A stretch of DNA of 64,000 nucleotides. It comes from Octopus sinensis. Its lineage: Eukaryota. Location of the stretch: assembly GCF_006345805.1 (NCBI RefSeq), contig NC_042997.1:6138001-6202000 (forward strand), written 5' to 3'. The notes beneath the pieces are model-generated. The model was not told the DNA's origin. It worked only from the letters and a program-made list of their open reading frames with translations, and ran no database searches. Shown piece by piece: positions 1 to 13,378 of this stretch; position 1 is the stretch's first letter; each line of letters starts with the position of its first letter. The translations under genes were made by a program, and so were the position numbers.

Positions 1-1114
1 TATTAGTTATGTATGTTATATTTATATTTGATCTAGCGAAGTTCTGTTCTGAAGCAGGTCTTTTTGAAATGTCAGCTAAGCGCGTATTGAATTCGGAGAT
101 GTCATTGAAACGTGTTCTACTACAGATAACATCAGACACACCCTACTGTATTGTACTTAGAAGCTGATTTTCTAAGAAATATCTCAGTTTGCTGTATATT
201 ATCACTGACTTCTTAATCAAGAATCTGTCAACAATATTTGTAGAAATACCGGACAAGACTATCGAATTATGGAGTATATCTTATTCTATTCGCTACTGTA
301 AATGATCTATCTATCTATCTATCTATTTATTTCGTTTATGAATATATATACATGCATACAACATACATACATACACACATGCATACATACATACAGACAG
401 ACATATATATATATATACGCACAGATAGTTATACTTACACATATATATACTGTATATGTGAATGTATTTTTTGTGTACGCGCACGTTAAGAATAGCACAT
501 TTATTTGCATACGATACTTTCAAATATTGTATTAATTACAGTAAAATTGCAATATCAGAGATTGTCCAAGTTTCAACATTCCGGCATTGTATGGAAAATA
601 ACCAAACACAATTAGCATAATTCCAAACATAGTTGCTAGGGCGGGAATCCATTATGCGACAAGAATAACCAGCAATTTCTAATTGTACTGCGCAAATGGG
701 GTCGAGATTTGTTTTGAAACTTTTGAGATATAGATCAGGCAATCTATATGAGAAATAAACGATAGTAGCAGTTGTGGGGAGAAGCGGCAAAGAAGGGTCT
801 CGTGTTATATGGTCGTTGAACATCTCTCTTTCTGGTTGGTGGATAGTTTCAATCAATAAATTCATTCCTGATTACAGAATCCTGCTACTGTGGAATATTT
901 TACATCATTTCTCTTGAAATATTATCTGGCTCCGATCTATGCGAGCGCTGATTGGTGTATATTTAACACGGCCGCCCATCAAGAGCAAACAAATTCGCCC
1001 ATATTAGGAAATATTTTCCTGTCTTCCGATCGATTGCTTTCCAGGATGAGATATGTTTCACAAGAAAGATAGTTCATATATATATATATACATGAATATA
1101 TCTATCTATCTATC

Positions 1115-1152
<38 letters not shown>

Positions 1153-1222
1153 ATATATGAATATATATATCCATATATATACATATATATATATATATGA
1201 ATATATATATACATATATATAC

Positions 1223-1276
<54 letters not shown>

Positions 1277-1356
1277 TATATATATATACATATATGTTTA
1301 TGTGTATAGACACACGCACATATATGTATATGTGTATATATATTTATACGCATATG

Positions 1357-1804
1357 TAAGAGGTCTGATCAATAACTATACGGACTGTTGGTATAGCAAC
1401 GAAGCTGTAGAGCCCAGAGTGAAGCTGCTTAATACAGATTGACCTTGAACTGTACTCTGCAAGCAACCTTAGTTTCATCGTTCTAGCTCACTTTCGCTGT
1501 TTAAGGCAGTGATTGAAATGAAGGTGTGTAGCGTGTGATCGTCGCATTGACCATGACAGTGTAAGTTTCCATGGCGATGCCTGCACAGAGGCTTGTGCAC
1601 AGTTTCAGAAAATTTATAGAGAGGGTTTATTGAGCGGCACACATGTACGCGTTCTTCAGAAGTTTCTGAGATTGCCGGGACACTGTCGATATTGACAAAC
1701 TTCTGAAAGCCTATAAGATCAATCGGTGTCAATCTGTTTCATTCCGTGTACTTCAGCTTCGTTTTTATGACAGAATTATGAATACTCACTGAACAGACCA
1801 CGTA
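1357..1804. mobile_element. Non-autonomous Tc1/mariner-type element (MITE-like), degenerate
   Basis: Left end taagaggtctgatcaataactatacggact and right end aatactcactgaacagaccacgta are imperfect inverted copies of a mariner-type TA-CGAGG.. terminus; no transposase ORF. Confidence 0.6.
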
Positions 1805-1817
1805 CATATATGTGTGG

Positions 1818-1888
<71 letters not shown>

Positions 1889-2263
1889 TGAGTTGAAAGA
1901 AGAATGAAGATCTATACAAGTCAATTTTTATATATGAAAGATAGAGGTGGAAATAGCGCAGTAGTAAATCTAAGACGTTTCACTTCAGAAGGAATTTAAT
2001 AAAATGTTTTTTAAAATTATATAAATATAGAATATTACCGGTTTCAATGATGAATCTAATGTTATCAAATATTTGAAAAATATATAAAAAATAGGAGGTA
2101 AATAATTTTATGTTATGTTTGGTGGTCAAAGCCACGTCTCAAGTTTTTCGTTGTAGTCTTCTTTAAATATAGTCTGGTATAGAATTCAAGGTGCTGGAAA
2201 AAAAGAAGGGGTGTAGTTGTCCATTGTCTAAAAACACCTCCGTGGATTTCTGCCAAGCATTTT

Positions 2264-2930
2264 TTATGAATGGGTTTCATTTCCACCTGTTTGTGAATGC
2301 TTGTGTGTGTATGTGAGTATTGGTTTGAGTGTCCTTTTAATATGTTTGCAATGTAACCAGACGTGTGTTGAGAGGTGTGTATGTTGTGATGAATGTCTTG
2401 CTAAAGATAGAATTAGGATTTTCCTTCTTTTTGGCGACTGTTTGGTGTTTTTTTTTGAGTGTCTCCACCTACGTGTATGTATATGAGCGTAATGATTTCT
2501 TTTGGATGTCTCCAGCTGTGTGTATGAGTGTGTTTGCGATGTATTCTTTTGTTTATAAGTTTGTGTGAGTGTACCTGTGTGTGTTTGTATGTGTGTGTTT
2601 GTGCATGTGTACTTGTGTGTGCGTCTACAGAGGTGTGTGTATGTGTTTTTGTATGTGTGTATGCAGACCTGTATGCGTGATTTTTGCAATGCTTTCTTTT
2701 GTGTGCCTGTGTTTATGTGTATTCAGAGGTGTATGTGTGATTTGTGAAGCTGTTTTCTTTTGTGTGTATGTGTGCATGTTTGTGTGTGTATGTTTGTGTA
2801 TGTGTTATTTGTGTGGGTGTGCAGAGGTGTGCGTGTTTTTGTGATGTTTTCGTTTGTGTGTATGTTTATGCATATGTAATAGTGTGTGTTTGTGTATCTA
2901 TCTGTGTCGTTTGTGACATTATACATGAAA
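2264..2930. repeat. Degenerate (TG)-rich low-complexity tract
   Basis: Cryptic TG/TGTA repeat; the overlapping V/C/M-rich and T/H-rich ORFs are repeat artefacts. Confidence 0.85.
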
Positions 2931-3935
2931 GAAGTCGTGGTATTTTATTTGCTGACAATAGAATGTGTACGTCTCACCACAATGTAAAACAGCTGAAAGA
3001 ACAACTGGCTTACAAATTTTAATCTTTGCCTTCATAAATGAAATAAATCATGAGAGCCACAGATTTCACAATTGAGTTGAACGAATGCTGAGCTAGCTTT
3101 GACTATTTTAGATTATATTTCCATGGCCATCTTTAGTCACTCTGGAGCCAAGATAAATAAATAAATCTGAGGGATGATGGCGGATGGACTCTCTTGTCTT
3201 AGATGGTAGATAAATAAAATCTTTTCACATTGATCATCAGACAGAAAGTTTAAGAGGATTCACAAAAAAAACATTTCCTACTCTAAGTTAAGCCTAGTTT
3301 TCCTTTTCGTCTTCAATGTCTCTTCAAGGACAACAGCTTTATCTACATTAGATACCAACATCCACAGAAATATCTTAAAAGGATTTTTCAAACTAGCAAA
3401 ACAGGAGATGCGGAACTAAAAAATGTTTCATCACTTTGTGAAAGGAGATGAAATAATATTAAGTATTTTCTTAGATATATCAAGTTTAACTAGAACTTTC
3501 TACATAACCTTTCCACACTTCGAAGTCAAATGCCATTTTAAGTTCTATAAATATATTATTGAGATCCTTGGTCGCCGAGAGAATTACAGAAAAAAAATTA
3601 TGGTACGTATTGAACAAAACCCGGAGCGATTTACAAGCAAACTGGAAATGAGATAATATTCAAAAATAATTGTGGATAACAGTTCATAACAAACTATTTA
3701 GTTTTCCCTTTCCACCGACGGGACAGCAATGAAACAAAAAAATACCTGTTATTAAATACAAAATAAACATAAAAACATTATGCTTTAGTATTCATGTTAA
3801 CTCGCAACATTAAATCTATACACATAATGTTCCTTAATAGAAATTACTTCTAAGTGAGAGAAAACGCATAAAGAATGACAAACGCTCCGCTAATTGGAAA
3901 AGAGATATCTGTTAATAGGTTTATACTGATGTGTG

Positions 3936-3966
<31 letters not shown>

Positions 3967-4534
3967 CATAGACATTTTCGGTCTATTTCTAGCAGACTGA
4001 TGTTGCAATCATTCAACACCCTTATTATAATTTTAATATAGATAACCATTATGGTATCTTTAGTATGGTGGCTACTGATACATCATTAAATAATGATTTT
4101 ATCCCATGTATGTATGAGAATATATATTAATTTACACCTATAACCTATTTACTGCAGAACTATTCCGAGTAAATAAGCACATGGTTGAAAGAGGCGCTTC
4201 GGTTTTAATTCGTGAATACGTGGAAAATGCGTTTATACTATTTGCGATTATGGCGGTATGTGTAATGTAGTTTTCATTTATTTACATTCGGTATGAATGT
4301 AAATCCGAAAGATCGGAAAGAATTTCAATAACTCATACTGTGAAACCTATAGATTTGGGACTATCCAAACTATTTTATAAATCTCCGCTGTTTATTTTCC
4401 TCGCTTACAACCTTGTGTAGTGGTGTAATAATTTAAGTTGTTCATAGATCTTTTGGGGACTATTTCTAGCAAACAGGTGTTGTAATAATTCAACACTTTT
4501 ACTATAATTTTAATATATATCATATATATATATA

Positions 4535-4575
<41 letters not shown>

Positions 4576-4679
4576 ATATAATATATATATATATATATGT
4601 ATATGTATATATCATATATATATACTTTATAAATATATGTATATATATTTATATATATGTATATATATTTATATATATA

Positions 4680-4741
<62 letters not shown>

Positions 4742-4784
4742 AAATATATTATTATATAAGTATATGTATATATCATATATATAT

Positions 4785-7474
4785 ACCATGCTTCAAGGAA
4801 TGCCTCAACAACATAAAGTGTTTCATTCAGCAGTGTCAACCTGACAACATTTTAATGGTGGGAGACTTCAACCTTCCCGGTGTTGACTGGTCTACAAACA
4901 GTCTGCCGCCAGGTCTTCTCTCTCAACCCCAGACAGGGAGGCAGTGGAATCGCTTCTTGACTTCATGTATGATTTTTTCCTGTCCCAACTGGTCCTCGAA
5001 CCAACGAGATGTCATAAAAACGTCTTAGACTTAATTTTCAGCAATCACACTGATACTATTCACAATATTGCAGTGGAGAAAACCCTAATCTCTGATCATG
5101 ACATGGTTCTCTGTGATCTGAGATTTCACTGGCCAAAATGCAAAACAAATGTCATCCTTCCTGTTCATCCATTTGACACTATGGATTTCCACAATGCAAA
5201 CTGGGAAGCGATAAATAATGATCTTGCACAAGTCGATGGGTCCTTCACGCACACATACACACCCACTAACATCAAAAAGTCCTGGCAGTCATTTGTAGAC
5301 ACCATTACGAACATATGTGCAAAACACACACCATTAAGATCTGCAAACAAATCTAAGTGTCGAATCCCTAAAAATAGAAAATCTCTCATAAGGAAAATTA
5401 AAAGAATTAACAAAAAAAATCAACAAGCTGAAATACTGTCAACAGCAACACACCAACCTGACTGCCATCCCGTCGCTTGAGATTAAAAAACATAAACTCC
5501 AAAACAACATGATGTCTATCATCAATAGCCAGTGAAGAGCTGAAGAGGCCTGGGTCATTGAGAAGATCAAACTCAATCCCAAAGTGTTCTTTTCATTTGC
5601 CAAAAACACAGAGTCACTGGTTCTACTGTTGGCCTTCTGATTGATGAAAATAGTACTCTTCAAGACAATGCCAAAACCATGGGAGAGATATTGCAGAAAC
5701 AATATTGCTCTGTTTTCAGCAATCCTGATATGACTGATCTGGGCTGTATCAGTGATGTTACTCCCCAATACACTTTATCGGACATAACATTTGGCGCTAC
5801 TGATGTCTTAGCAGCAATAAAGGAAGTGAAGCATAATTCAACAGTAGGACCCGATAGGTTCCCTGCTTGTGTCCTGAAGATATGTCAAAACCAACTTGCA
5901 CCCCCTCTAGCCAATCTGTGACGGAACTCACTGGATGCTGGATATATACCGGAAGACATTCTATCCCAGACTGTTGTCCCAGTTTTCAAAAAAGGAAACA
6001 AATCGCTTGCCGTGAATTACCGTCCGATCTCACTCATCTCTCATATCATTAAAGTATTTGAGAGAGTGCTGAGATCGCGTATGACTCACTTCCTTGAGAG
6101 TCATAATATGCTGAACTCCAACCAGCATGGATTCCGTAATGGGAGAGATTGCCTGACGCTGCTACTGCATCATTTTGATGACATTTTGAGAGCCTTGGGA
6201 GAGGGTTCCAAAACTGATGTCATCTACCTTGATTTCAGCAAGGCCTTTGACAGGGTTGATCATAAGATCCTTCTGAGAAAGCTGTCCAATATTGGTGTCA
6301 CTGGAAAGCTGCTGCAGTGGATCAAGTGCTTCCTGTCTAACAGAACCCAACATGTTGTAGTCGAAGGAGTCAAATCCAGCCCAGCCAAAGTCAGCAGTGG
6401 TGTCCCACAAGGCACTGTGTTGGGCCCACTTCTCTTCATCATCTACATAAATGATATTACTGACACCATCAAACACAGTAACATCAGAACCTTCGCTGAG
6501 GATTCCAAGCTCCAGATGGTCATCAAAGGCGTGGATGACAGAATAAACCTTCAGTCAGACCTACTGGCTGCTGTCCAATGTGCGGAAAATAATAACATGC
6601 TGCTAAACGAAGAAAAATTCGAACTGATCCACTTTGGAAGGGAGGACGCTCTGAAACTCCCATACTCCCTTCCTTCTGGAGAAATGCTCATGGCGTCCAA
6701 CAACATCAGAGACTTGGGAGTAACAGTGGACAACAACATAAGCTGGGCTACACATATAAGCAGCAAAGTTGACATGGCCTGCAGAATGTGTTCCTGGATT
6801 CTGAGAAACTTCCAGTCGAGAGATTCCATCACTATTATCCTTCTCTTCTCCACTTTTGCCCGACCCCAACTTGAATACTGCTTTCCACTGTGGTCTCCCT
6901 ACACAAAAAAAAAATATTATGAGAATTGAAGCTCCCCAAAGGTCAATCACAAAAAAGATAGATAGCATGTCAGACCTTGACTACTGGGGTAGACTAGAGA
7001 AGCTGAAACTGTATTCACTCCAACGACGCCGTGAACGCTACATTATCTGTATGATGTGGAAAATATTCTATCAGCACTGTCCGAATGATGTTGGCATAAC
7101 CTTCAAAATACATCCAAGCCTTGGACCACGTGCCATACGTCCACAACGAAAATCTAAATGGCATCACATTACGACAATATGGCACAACTATTTCACCTCA
7201 ATTGGACCCGCTTTCTTCAACATTACACCAGGACACATCAAAAAAGAAACTGACCACACAAAATTCAAGAAGTCTTTGGACAAATTCCTTCAAACAATTC
7301 CGGAAAAATCACCCACACCCGGATATGTCTCCGCAAACAATAACTTTCTGCTCGAATGGGCCTTGGTGCCCAAATCCTCAATTGAAAGACTTCGCCAGGT
7401 GGTGCTATTAAGTAAGATATGGCCTGGGCCAATACTGGCCAAAACCTTGCTAAGTTATTCTAAGATATATACTT
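4785..7474 (+). mobile_element. 5'-truncated, frameshifted CR1-like LINE (APE endonuclease + reverse transcriptase + 3' end)
   Basis: APE motif MVGDFNLPGVDW and LDLIFSN..SDH; RT motifs NYRPISLISHIIKVFE, YLDFSKAFDRVDH, GVPQGTVLGPLLFIIYINDI, FAEDSK; CR1-type C-terminal RPQLEYC..WSP and LYSLQRRRERY. Split over ORFs 4657/4944/5679/6012/6856 by stops and frameshifts; both flanks are TA microsatellite. Confidence 0.93.
6012..6929 (+). pseudogene. Largest open fragment of the LINE ORF2 reverse transcriptase domain
   Basis: 305-aa ORF holding the non-LTR RT motifs; the catalytic YADD-type motif reads FAED. Confidence 0.9.
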
Positions 7475-7631
7475 AATATATATGTATATATATATATACG
7501 TAAAATATATTATTATATATGTTTACATATATATAATATTTACTATATGTATGCACATATATATATCTAATATTATATGTATGTATATATATATATATAT
7601 ATATATACATATATATATACATATATATATA

Positions 7632-7679
<48 letters not shown>

Positions 7680-7998
7680 TATATAATATTTAATATATGT
7701 ATGCATATATATATATATATAATATTATTATATACATGTATATATATATATATACACACACATATATATATATTATTTTATATATGTATGCACATATATA
7801 TATATATAATATTATATACATATATACACACAAACACATATATAATATATTATAGATATATATATATGCACATATATATGATATTATATATATATATATG
7901 TATATAATATTATTTTATATATATATAATATTATTTTATATATATATATATATATAAATATTATTATATATATATGTATATATACATATATATATAAT

Positions 7999-8044
<46 letters not shown>

Positions 8045-8296
8045 TATATATATGTATATATATATAATAATATTATATATATATATATGTATATATAATA
8101 ATATTATATATATATATAAAATAATATTATATATATAAAATAATATTATATACATATATATATATATAAAATATCATATATATGTGCATATATATATATA
8201 ATATTATATATGTGTTTGTGTCTATATATATATATATATATATATAATATTATATATATATATGTGCATACATATAAAAAATATTATATATATGTG

Positions 8297-8334
<38 letters not shown>

Positions 8335-8403
8335 ATATATATATATATATGCATACATATATAAAATATTATATATATATGTGTGTATATATATATATAT
8401 ATA

Positions 8404-8469
<66 letters not shown>

Positions 8470-8652
8470 TATTATATATATATATGTGCATACATATAGT
8501 AAATATTATATATATGTAAACATATATAATAATATATTTTACGTATATATATATACATATATATAAAGTATATACCTTAGAATAACTTAGCAAGGTTTTG
8601 GCCAGTATTGGCCCAGGCCATATCTAACTTAATAGCACCATCTGGCGAAGTC
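7388..8652. repeat. ~1.26-kb fold-back inverted duplication (LINE 3' end plus TA minisatellite)
   Basis: 7388-7474 is the reverse complement of 8566-8652 (3 mismatches in 87 bp); interior landmarks are mirrored (cacaaacacatat / atatgtgtttgtg; gcacatatatatgatatt / aatatcatatatatgtgc); centre near 8025. Confidence 0.9.
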
Positions 8653-9139
8653 CTATGAAATAATATTATATATATATAATATATATATAAAATAATATTA
8701 TATATGTATATAATATATATATATAAATAATATTATATATATTTGCATACATATATAAAATAATATATATATATGAAATTATATTATATATATATAATAT
8801 ATATACAAAAATAATATTATATATGTATATAATATATATAAAAAATAATATTATATATATATATATATAATATTATCTTTTATATATATTATATACATAT
8901 ATAATATTATTTTTGTATATATATTATATATATATAATATAATTTCATATATATATATTATTTTATATATGTATGCACATATATATATAATATTATTTTA
9001 TATACATATTATATACATATATAATATTATTTTATATATATATTATATATATATAATATTATTTCATATATATATTGTATATATATAATATTATTTCATA
9101 TATATATTATATATATAATATTATTTCATATATATATAT

Positions 9140-9199
<60 letters not shown>

Positions 9200-9224
9200 A
9201 TATATGTACGTATATTTATGTATG

Positions 9225-9256
<32 letters not shown>

Positions 9257-9281
9257 TGTATGTATCTATGTATCTATGTAT

Positions 9282-9790
9282 AGTACTGGCACCCATGATC
9301 TGATCTGGAATGATTGGAAATGTTATCATAAACAAGTTTTCTTTTGGTATAAATGATGGGCTAGAATAAGTATTCTGCTGAACACCACAGATTTGCTAGC
9401 TTTTTAACCTTAGCGAGTTGAGCATATTTGTTGTTGCTTACGATATTTAAATCTATGATCACGAACAGAAGTAGTAGATGAGCATCCTAGCAATGTGTTG
9501 ATAGGATTTATTTTGGGTTTGAATAATTCACATCTCGAAGCATAAGCGTTACGTTCATGATTCTTAAACAAACATTATTCATGGACATTTTGAGCGGGAT
9601 GGGCTACTAGATCTGATATAAATTCTAACTGGGACAAACGTGCAATGTCATGCACTGTTTATCTCGGTATGAAATCACCATGTTTATCCATATTCATGTG
9701 CTTGGTGTACCCTTATCAGAAAGTAGTCATGATGAGTATAATTGGCTTCGTATATTTCACCTCAGTGCTGACATGCAGTGCCTTCTAGAT
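9282..9790 (+). mobile_element. Old copy of a ~550-bp interspersed repeat ending in AAT repeats
   Basis: Aligns along its length to 12491-13048 (e.g. ttttgagcgggatgggctact, ggtttgaataattcac) and ends in ataatagtaataat. Confidence 0.85.
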
Positions 9791-9933
9791 CTATAATAGT
9801 AATAATAGAATGGGTACGTAGAACGAAATCCTTGTCTTGGTTAAAAAGTGTCAATTAATAACGATACAAAGAGGCTAATTGTAGCAGCCAAATACAAAGC
9901 AATAAAAGAAACAACTGGAGAAAATATGTATAC

Positions 9934-10311
9934 TCTTTTATTCTTTTACTTATTTCACTCATTTGACTGTGACCATGCTGGAGCACCGCCTGTAGTCGGG
10001 CAAATCGACCAAAGGACTTATATTTTGTAAACCTAGTACTTATTCTATCGGTTCTTTTGCCGAACATCTATGTAACGGGGACGTAAACACACCAGCATTG
10101 GTTGTCAAGAGATGTTAGTGGGGGGGGGGACACAGACACGCAAACATATAAACATATATATATACATATATATGACGGGTTTCTTTCAGTTTCCATCTAC
10201 CAAATCCACTCACAAGGCTTTGCTCGGCCCGAGGCTATAGTAGAAGCCATGCAGTGGGACTGAACCCGGAATCATATGGTTGGTAAGCATGCTGTTTACC
10301 ACACAGCCACT
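9934..10311 (-). mobile_element. tRNA-derived SINE, family 1
   Basis: On the minus strand: box A-like tggctgtgtggtaa, box B-like ccgggttcagtccc, central microsatellite and shared 3' body; matches copies at 18561, 38365, 40535, 45939 and 49470. Confidence 0.88.
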
Positions 10312-10419
10312 ACTACGCTTATATATAGAGAGAATGTATCCAAAAATTTTAGAACGTATGCCACTTATAACAAGACAATGGTACACGTTGTGATAAATAC
10401 TCCAAATTGACACGGGAAA

Positions 10420-11821
10420 AATATAAACAAAATGGATGATCTGAAGCATATTAGTAAGAATGAAAAAGAGATAGATTCCTTAATACAGACTTTAAAACTC
10501 TTCCGCAACTATATAGGCATAGAATTTGGCATAGATAAATGTGCAATATTAGTTATGAGGCGGGGATAATTAGTCAACAGCGGAAGCATCAAATTAACAG
10601 ATATTAAAATCATTGAAAGGGGAAGAGAGTTATAAGTATCTATGAATATTAGAATCTGACAGAGTACAAACTACAGAAATGGAAACGAAATTTGAGGAGT
10701 ACATCAAAGGGGTGAGGGGGCTATTGAAGTCAAAGCTAAATTGTCCGAATCTAGTGACGGCTGTAAATACTTGGACAGTAACATTCAGCAGATTATGTAG
10801 ATTGAACAAAAACTGAATTAACAAAACTAGACAGAAGAATTCGGAAGGAATTCAATGTGAATGGAGAAATCCACCCGAGGCCAGGAATAGCAAGACTATA
10901 CCTATCCAGAAAGGATGATAGAAGAGGGTTAATACCAGTGGAAGACCGCTTGGAGTTAGATGGAGTAAATATAGACTCCTATCTAGGTAAGAGTGAAGAA
11001 AGTTTATTAAAAGCTGATAGAGTCACAACAAGATATAAGGAACCAAAACATTAAACGAACTTGAAAAGAAAAATGGCAGAAAGTTTTTCACTGGCAGGAG
11101 ACGTTGAATGGTAGATTCCTAAAAATGGTTTCCGAAAATAGTAGTAGTGAGACATGGGTGAGTCTACCGAACTGAAACCTGAAGACGGAGACAGAATGTT
11201 TGGTAGTAGCACACAATATCAAACGTTAAGGACTAATAGGATAAAAGCCAAGATAGACAAAAACCAAATAGATTCCCAGTGTAGATTATGCAAATAAAAA
11301 GAGAAAAGCGTTACTTATATGCTCTGTGAATGTAGCATCCTGGCACACACAAATATACAAGAATATTCATATCAACTTTGGGAGAACAATCCACTTGGAG
11401 GTTTGTAGAAAGCTAGGATTTGACCATAATGATAAATGGTATGAACGTAAACCTAGTAAAGGACTAGAAAGTAGGAATTACAATATGTTGTGGGGACTTT
11501 AACATTCAGACTGACAGAGTAATAGATGGGAGAATAACTCATATAGTAGCAAATAAAAAGAATAAAACGCCAAATGATGAAAAAAATTGCTATGAGAAGT
11601 ATGGTAAAACTGCAATGTACCAGGACCTAGCCAGTGAATTACATAGGCTATGGAAAGTGCGGGTAAATTGTATCCCAGTAGTTATAGGTGAATTGGGAAC
11701 TATCCCTAAAGATTTGAATAGCTGGATAGAGGAAATAGGCATTAAAAAAGTTTCCGTACAGCTGCAGAGAACAGTGTTATTAGGAACAGCTAAGAAACTT
11801 AGGTGGGTTCTTGGCATCTAA
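10420..11821 (+). mobile_element. Degenerate R4/Dong-type non-LTR retrotransposon (RT C-terminus, CCHC knuckle, RLE)
   Basis: MDDLK RT motif at ~10432, IGIEFGIDKCAIL, LYLSRKDDRRGL, zinc knuckle CRLCK..SVTYMLCEC, and RLE tail YQDLASELHRLWKVRVNCIPVVIGELG..VLLGTAKKLRWVLGI*; many stops and frameshifts. Confidence 0.85.
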
Positions 11822-11889
11822 GGCAACTTATCGTAGCCCTATGTTACGATTTTTTCTTTCCCATCAGTAGAATCTGTTGAGTCTATATC

Positions 11890-11904
11890 AACAACAACAA
11901 CAAC

Positions 11905-11940
<36 letters not shown>

Positions 11941-11945
11941 TAATA

Positions 11946-12008
<63 letters not shown>
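11890..12008. repeat. (CAA)n(AAT)n microsatellite
   Basis: Directly visible triplet array. Confidence 0.95.
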
Positions 12009-12009
<1 letters not shown>

Positions 12010-12466
12010 TCTGGGATATGCCGATACACACAGATAGAGAAATTAAGGCCAACAGACCAGATATAGTTGTCAGAGATCATGAAGAAAAAAAATGCTTTCT
12101 AATTGATGTATCAATACCGGCAGATGACAACGTGTATCTAAAAGAAATGGAGAAACTCTCAAAATACAAAGACCTGGAAATAGAGGTAACTAGAATGTGG
12201 AACCTGAAAACAGAAACAATTCCTATCATAGTAGGTCCATTAGGCATGATAAAAAAATATTCAGACAAATACATAACAAAAACACCAGGACTTACAAACA
12301 CATAACATACAGAAAATTGCACTACTAGGCACTGCACACATCCTACGCAGAACACTTTCCATACAATAACCATCAGAGCATCACAACAAATCACAGCACA
12401 TACCCAAGGCACACAGAGCTGCGCTCGGTAGTGAAGTGAAAGCACGCTATAAAAATAAAACTACTG
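12009..12466 (+). mobile_element. 5'-truncated R4/Dong-type element (RLE domain + 3' UTR) within (AAT)n
   Basis: LWDMPIHTDREIKANRPDIVVRD..FLIDVSIP..K..KYKDL..IPIIVGPLG (PD-(D/E)xK restriction-like endonuclease); AAT repeats on both sides; same family as 60596-61372. Confidence 0.9.
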
Positions 12467-12490
12467 AATAATAATAATAATAATAATAAT

Positions 12491-13048
12491 AAATGCCCTA
12501 ATGCAGTACCAGGCAGTGGCTCTCATTGCTTCTGATCTTAACGGATTGGAAGTGTTATCATGTACATTGTTTTGTCTTGGTATAAAAGATGGGCTACAGC
12601 AAATATTCTGCTCAATACCACATGTTTGCTTGTCAGTTGTTTGACCTTAACCAGTTGAGCATGTCCCTTAGTGGCTGACGATATGTGCATCTCTGATCAC
12701 GAGCAGAAGTAGTGGGGGAGCATCATAGCCATGTGTTGAGAGGGATTCTTTGGGGTTTGAATAATTCACCTCTGGAAACATGGGTGGTTCTTTCAACACC
12801 CTTAAACAACCCTTATTCAGGGACCTTTTGAGCGGGATGGGCTACTCAACCTGAAGAAAATTCTAACTGGGCCCCACCTGCAAGGTCATGTGCTGTTTAT
12901 CTTGATATGAGATCACCATGTCGCGCACATATGGTTGTGATGCATGTGCCTGGTGTACCTTTATCAGACGGGTAGTCATGATGGGTATATTGGGCTTCGT
13001 ATATTTTACCCCAGTGTCACTTTGATGGCATGCACTGCTCTCTCACTC
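12491..13048 (+). mobile_element. ~550-bp AAT-flanked retroposon (probable 3' UTR or non-autonomous partner of an AAT-targeting LINE)
   Basis: Begins right after (AAT)n and ends ctctctcactc followed by aataataat; second copy at 9282-9790; no ORF. Confidence 0.75.
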
Positions 13049-13139
13049 AATAATAATAATAGTGATGATGATGATGATGATGACGATAAAGGATAATATA
13101 TTGGGAGGATGTGTAAGAAAAATGTAGAGCCTTCGGATT

Positions 13140-13378
13140 TTGAAACATGACTGTAGCACGCATTATTGCAAAATATCCCAAGTAGGCACAGGAGGAATAT
13201 AAGAAAGTTGTACATGTTTTACATTGACAACTGTGCCAGAAATGGGGATTTTAAGTTAGAGACACATGTTTTGAACATCTGGTCGAAAGAGTGCTGGAGA
13301 CTTTCCCATTAAACGGAGAAGAAAGTAGAAAATAATACAGCAGACAGCAATAATAGACAAGGATAGTGATCCTGAATG
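13140..13378 (+). mobile_element. Short degenerate R4/Dong-type fragment
   Basis: Reads ..AKYPK*AQEEYKK..QLCQKWGF..FEHLVERVLE.., the segment between the CCHC knuckle and the RLE. Confidence 0.55.

Noticed and set aside
536-1072. Non-repetitive ORFs with faint Tc1-like words (IFQ, PDL, NYVW)
   Set aside because: Motif order and spacing are not convincing and no TIRs were found.
2035-2070. Minus-strand hammerhead-like ttgataac..gaaaccggta
   Set aside because: The CUGANGA core is mutated and stem II is not supported; at most a decayed remnant.
3330-3656. Possible Penelope-like fragment (YLH..HP) and 77-aa ORF
   Set aside because: Too few conserved residues to support a call.
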